IMG/VR virus record: IMGVR_UViG_3300037141_000236 | Span: 24,948 to 88,947 of that record | DNA length: 64,000 nt | Source: a virus | Direction: 5' to 3' (one strand) | In this document: piece after piece, positions 61,415 through 64,000 of the stretch | Position numbering within the stretch: position 1 is the stretch's first letter | Layout: every line of letters starts with the position of its first letter | Notes under the pieces: model-generated | Told to the model about the DNA's origin: nothing | Database searches by the model: none | The model's input: only the letters and a program-made list of their open reading frames with translations | Made by a program: the position numbers and the translations under genes

Positions 61415-63712
61415 ATGAAAACAAAGAAGTTTAACTTGGGAGATATTGTTAGGGATGATAATTCATCAACAACCGGTAAGATAATCATCATTGCGCAAAA
61501 CAGAGAGTCGAAGACCTATCATTATGGAATTGGAGATCCTAATAATGGGTACACAATTAAACATTTCTTCAAAAAATACGAATCACATTATTTTTTCACA
61601 TTTGATGGTGAAATGGAAGCCTCAGAAGAGGAAGTCACCTTTCACGATGAAAGTGTGTTGACTTTATTGACACCCGTGAATCCTTTAATTTCTGTCGAAC
61701 AACAAATAAGAAAAGAGATATGGCACCATTAAAACCAGGGGATTGTATTGTAAGAACATTACTAGGTGGTAACAGCAGAACCGCCTATAAATGCAACCAC
61801 ATTTATAAAGTACTACGTCATGAAGAGGATACTGTTTTCACTGAAATGGATTCGGTGGGAAGTAATCATAATGGTTGGGGAGTAGGACACTTTAGGAAAG
61901 CAACTCTCGAAGAAGCAGAGTTGTATGATCTGTTTGGCATCTGCGATTGCAACATCATTGATACAATGGAAAAAATGTTATTGGTTAGATACGAAAGAAT
62001 TATTAAAAGAGAAATTTATGGCAACAAAAAAGATCAAGCTTGTTAAGCCGAAATTCAAATACAAATATCACGTGGGCGATATTATTTGGGCCAATTGGGC
62101 ACCTGATGATGGATATGATCTTGAATTAGGAAGAGAAATTGTTGCTGTCATTTATAGAACTGACCTTAACGATCTCTTTTATGCAACAAAACCCATTGTA
62201 GGAGAAGAGCCCACCGGTTGTTTAATTGAACCGAATGATGATTATAAATTCATTGAGCTTTTACCTGGACAACCAACAAATGTTGAATTGGGTTTATATA
62301 TAAGTGAAGAAGAAGTTGATCATTGCGAGCCCATGACACCATTAAAGAAAGCCGAAGCAAAAATAAAACTTGAAATAGGATTAGTATGAAATTTCAGAAA
62401 GGAGATAAGGTAAGAATGCGACATGAAAGTGAATGGGCACACATACCTGGCTATGAACGTCATGAATTCTTACCTAAACAGCTTGCGCCTGTGGGCAGAG
62501 GCGCAATTCACAAATATACAAGAGTCACGATTGATTTTACACACGCAGCATTAAGTATGTCTGTAGAATCTTTAAATAAGATTGAAACTGTGACAGGTTG
62601 TTTTGGAAATATTGTTGCAACAGAAGGTTTTAATTTTCCTGAAGACTTATTAGAATTGGTTGAAGAAGCAGATGATAGCATACAAGCACAAGAACAACAA
62701 ATAATAAAAGAAGTTTATGGCAAAGCAAAAGAAATATAAACCAGGAGAACACATTACTCTTATCTCTACACATAACCGATATAAAGTAATGGTTGTTGCA
62801 GTTGAGAAAGAAACTGGAGAGTATTTTTATGCTTTCGAAGATAAAGAAAAAGGAAAGCCCTTAGAAGGATTTTCTGACAATGATCATTATGTATTTTCTT
62901 ATGCGCCGGAATATACAAGCGATACACTTTTAATCTTTGGCGGAGAAGATCGAGTCGCGTTCGAAGAAGATGAATTAGAAACAGTTTGTGAAAATATTAA
63001 AAAAGAAATAGGGCTGTAATATGACAAAGACAATGCAAAAATATAACCTGGGAGATTATATTACCGGGATCTATTCCGAACATCAATCAGATGCTTATTA
63101 TAATAATCTGTCAGCAAAAGATAGAAAAGGAAAGATCGTAGCAATCATAAGGGATTACAATGATATTTGGTATGGTGTAATTTCAGACGAAGTAAAATCA
63201 CCTTATTCAAAAGATCATTGGGAACTGGTTGATTGTGATGAAACTTGTGCCGCAGAGATGACAAATGTTAGTTGGTTGCAACAAGAAGCCATCGAAGTTG
63301 AAAAAGATCCGTTTTTATTAGCACAAATTAAAATAAGAAAGGAAATTGGAATATGATAACAGACTTTAAAACAGGCGACAGAGTTAAATTCAAACCAATT
63401 AAAGAATTGGAGAAGCTTTCTAATTGGATATCAACTGAAACTATTCATAATAGAACGGAAGAAAATTTGATGAGGCTTCTCTTTCAAGATCCGAAGTTAG
63501 AGAACCATAATTACGTCTTAACCAGACCTCATAATGTTTGGGATAAAGAATTTATTGTATCTTTAGTAAGAGAATACGACAATTGTTTAGAAATAGGTGA
63601 ACCACATACCGGGCCATTAGGCTATGCACACCAGTCTGAATGGTTTATGAAAGTTGATGATTTGAGCATCGCAGAACGACAAATTAAAAAAGAAATATAT
63701 GCTAACAGTTAA
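61415..63712 (+). other. Seven consecutive SH3/KOW-like tagged ORFs (61415, 61720, 62018, 62386, 62717, 63021, 63353)
   Basis: Each has a [FYL]xxG[DE] motif near the start; ends IRKEIW, IKREIY, IKLEIGL, IIKEVY, IKKEIGL, IRKEIGI, IKKEIY. Confidence 0.8.
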
Positions 63713-64000
63713 AACTTATTTAGACAAAAGCTTGATTCCCGGTGCAGGGATAGGACTTTTTGCTTCTGAATTTATTCCCAAAGATACAATCATCTGGGAG
63801 TTTAATCACAATCTTGATCAAATCTTTAAAAAGGAAATGGTCGAAGCCTGCAATGAACTTGACAAAGACTTCCTTATCAAATATTGCTTCGTATTCAAAG
63901 GCGATTACTATCTTTGTGTGGACAACTCACGTTTCTATAACCATTCAGACGATCCGAATTGTTATTCAACAGATTACAATGAAGAATATCTTGGTTATAC
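63699..64000 (+). CDS. SET-domain protein (truncated by window edge; not in ORF track)
   Basis: MLTVKTYLDKSLIPGAGIGLFASEFIPKDTIIW...DNSRFYNHSDDPNC: GxGLFA and RFxNHSxxPN are SET signatures. Confidence 0.88.
   Translation, partial: MLTVKTYLDKSLIPGAGIGLFASEFIPKDTIIWEFNHNLDQIFKKEMVEACNELDKDFLIKYCFVFKGDYYLCVDNSRFYNHSDDPNCYSTDYNEEYLGY

Noticed and set aside
28187-61418. Weak tag-like endings (MKQDIKK at 28453, KEEIWRR at 55114, MMRDIF at 61418)
   Set aside because: Too degenerate to count as tags without a statistical model.
266-61424. Numerous short - strand and alternate-frame ORFs in the track
   Set aside because: They shadow well-supported + strand genes and have no motifs or upstream signals.
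22160-63712. Tag-coding repeats as a CRISPR array or integron attC sites
   Set aside because: The repeats vary at synonymous positions, are not palindromic, and are separated by whole genes; no cas operon or integrase is visible.
1-64000. Stop-codon reassignment (as in some Bacteroidota phages)
   Set aside because: Recognisable genes are full length under code 11, and TAA, TGA and TAG all end genes. The TAA before the orphan tag is an isolated case.

Overview
This 64-kb AT-rich, gene-dense window looks like part of a large (jumbo-type) myovirus genome. The host is probably a Bacteroidota bacterium: there is a compact SigA-like sigma factor, an Hc1-type histone-like protein, TAnnTTT(A) promoter-like boxes, and no obvious Shine-Dalgarno motifs. 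Region 1-20 kb holds late/structural and housekeeping genes: gp5-, gp25- and gp6-like baseplate proteins, PhoH, FolE, a Cas4-like nuclease, glycosyltransferases, a possible gp55-like sigma, and GIY-YIG nucleases. Region 20-64 kb is mostly + strand arrays of small, translationally coupled accessory ORFs. These arrays are interrupted by a sigma-70 factor, a 2H phosphoesterase (Acb1-like candidate), an AAA ATPase, a GH25 endolysin, a nucleotidyltransferase, a GT2, and a SET-domain gene at the right edge. The standout observation is that about 38 otherwise unrelated accessory proteins share a C-terminal peptide tag, consensus x-E-x-x-I-[KR]-x-E-I-G-L (variants EIY/EIW). It is conserved at the protein level with synonymous codon variation. 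It is grafted onto SH3/KOW-like, ankyrin, membrane and other domains, and one orphan copy sits directly behind a stop codon. All family assignments come from motif recognition only; no database search was run.
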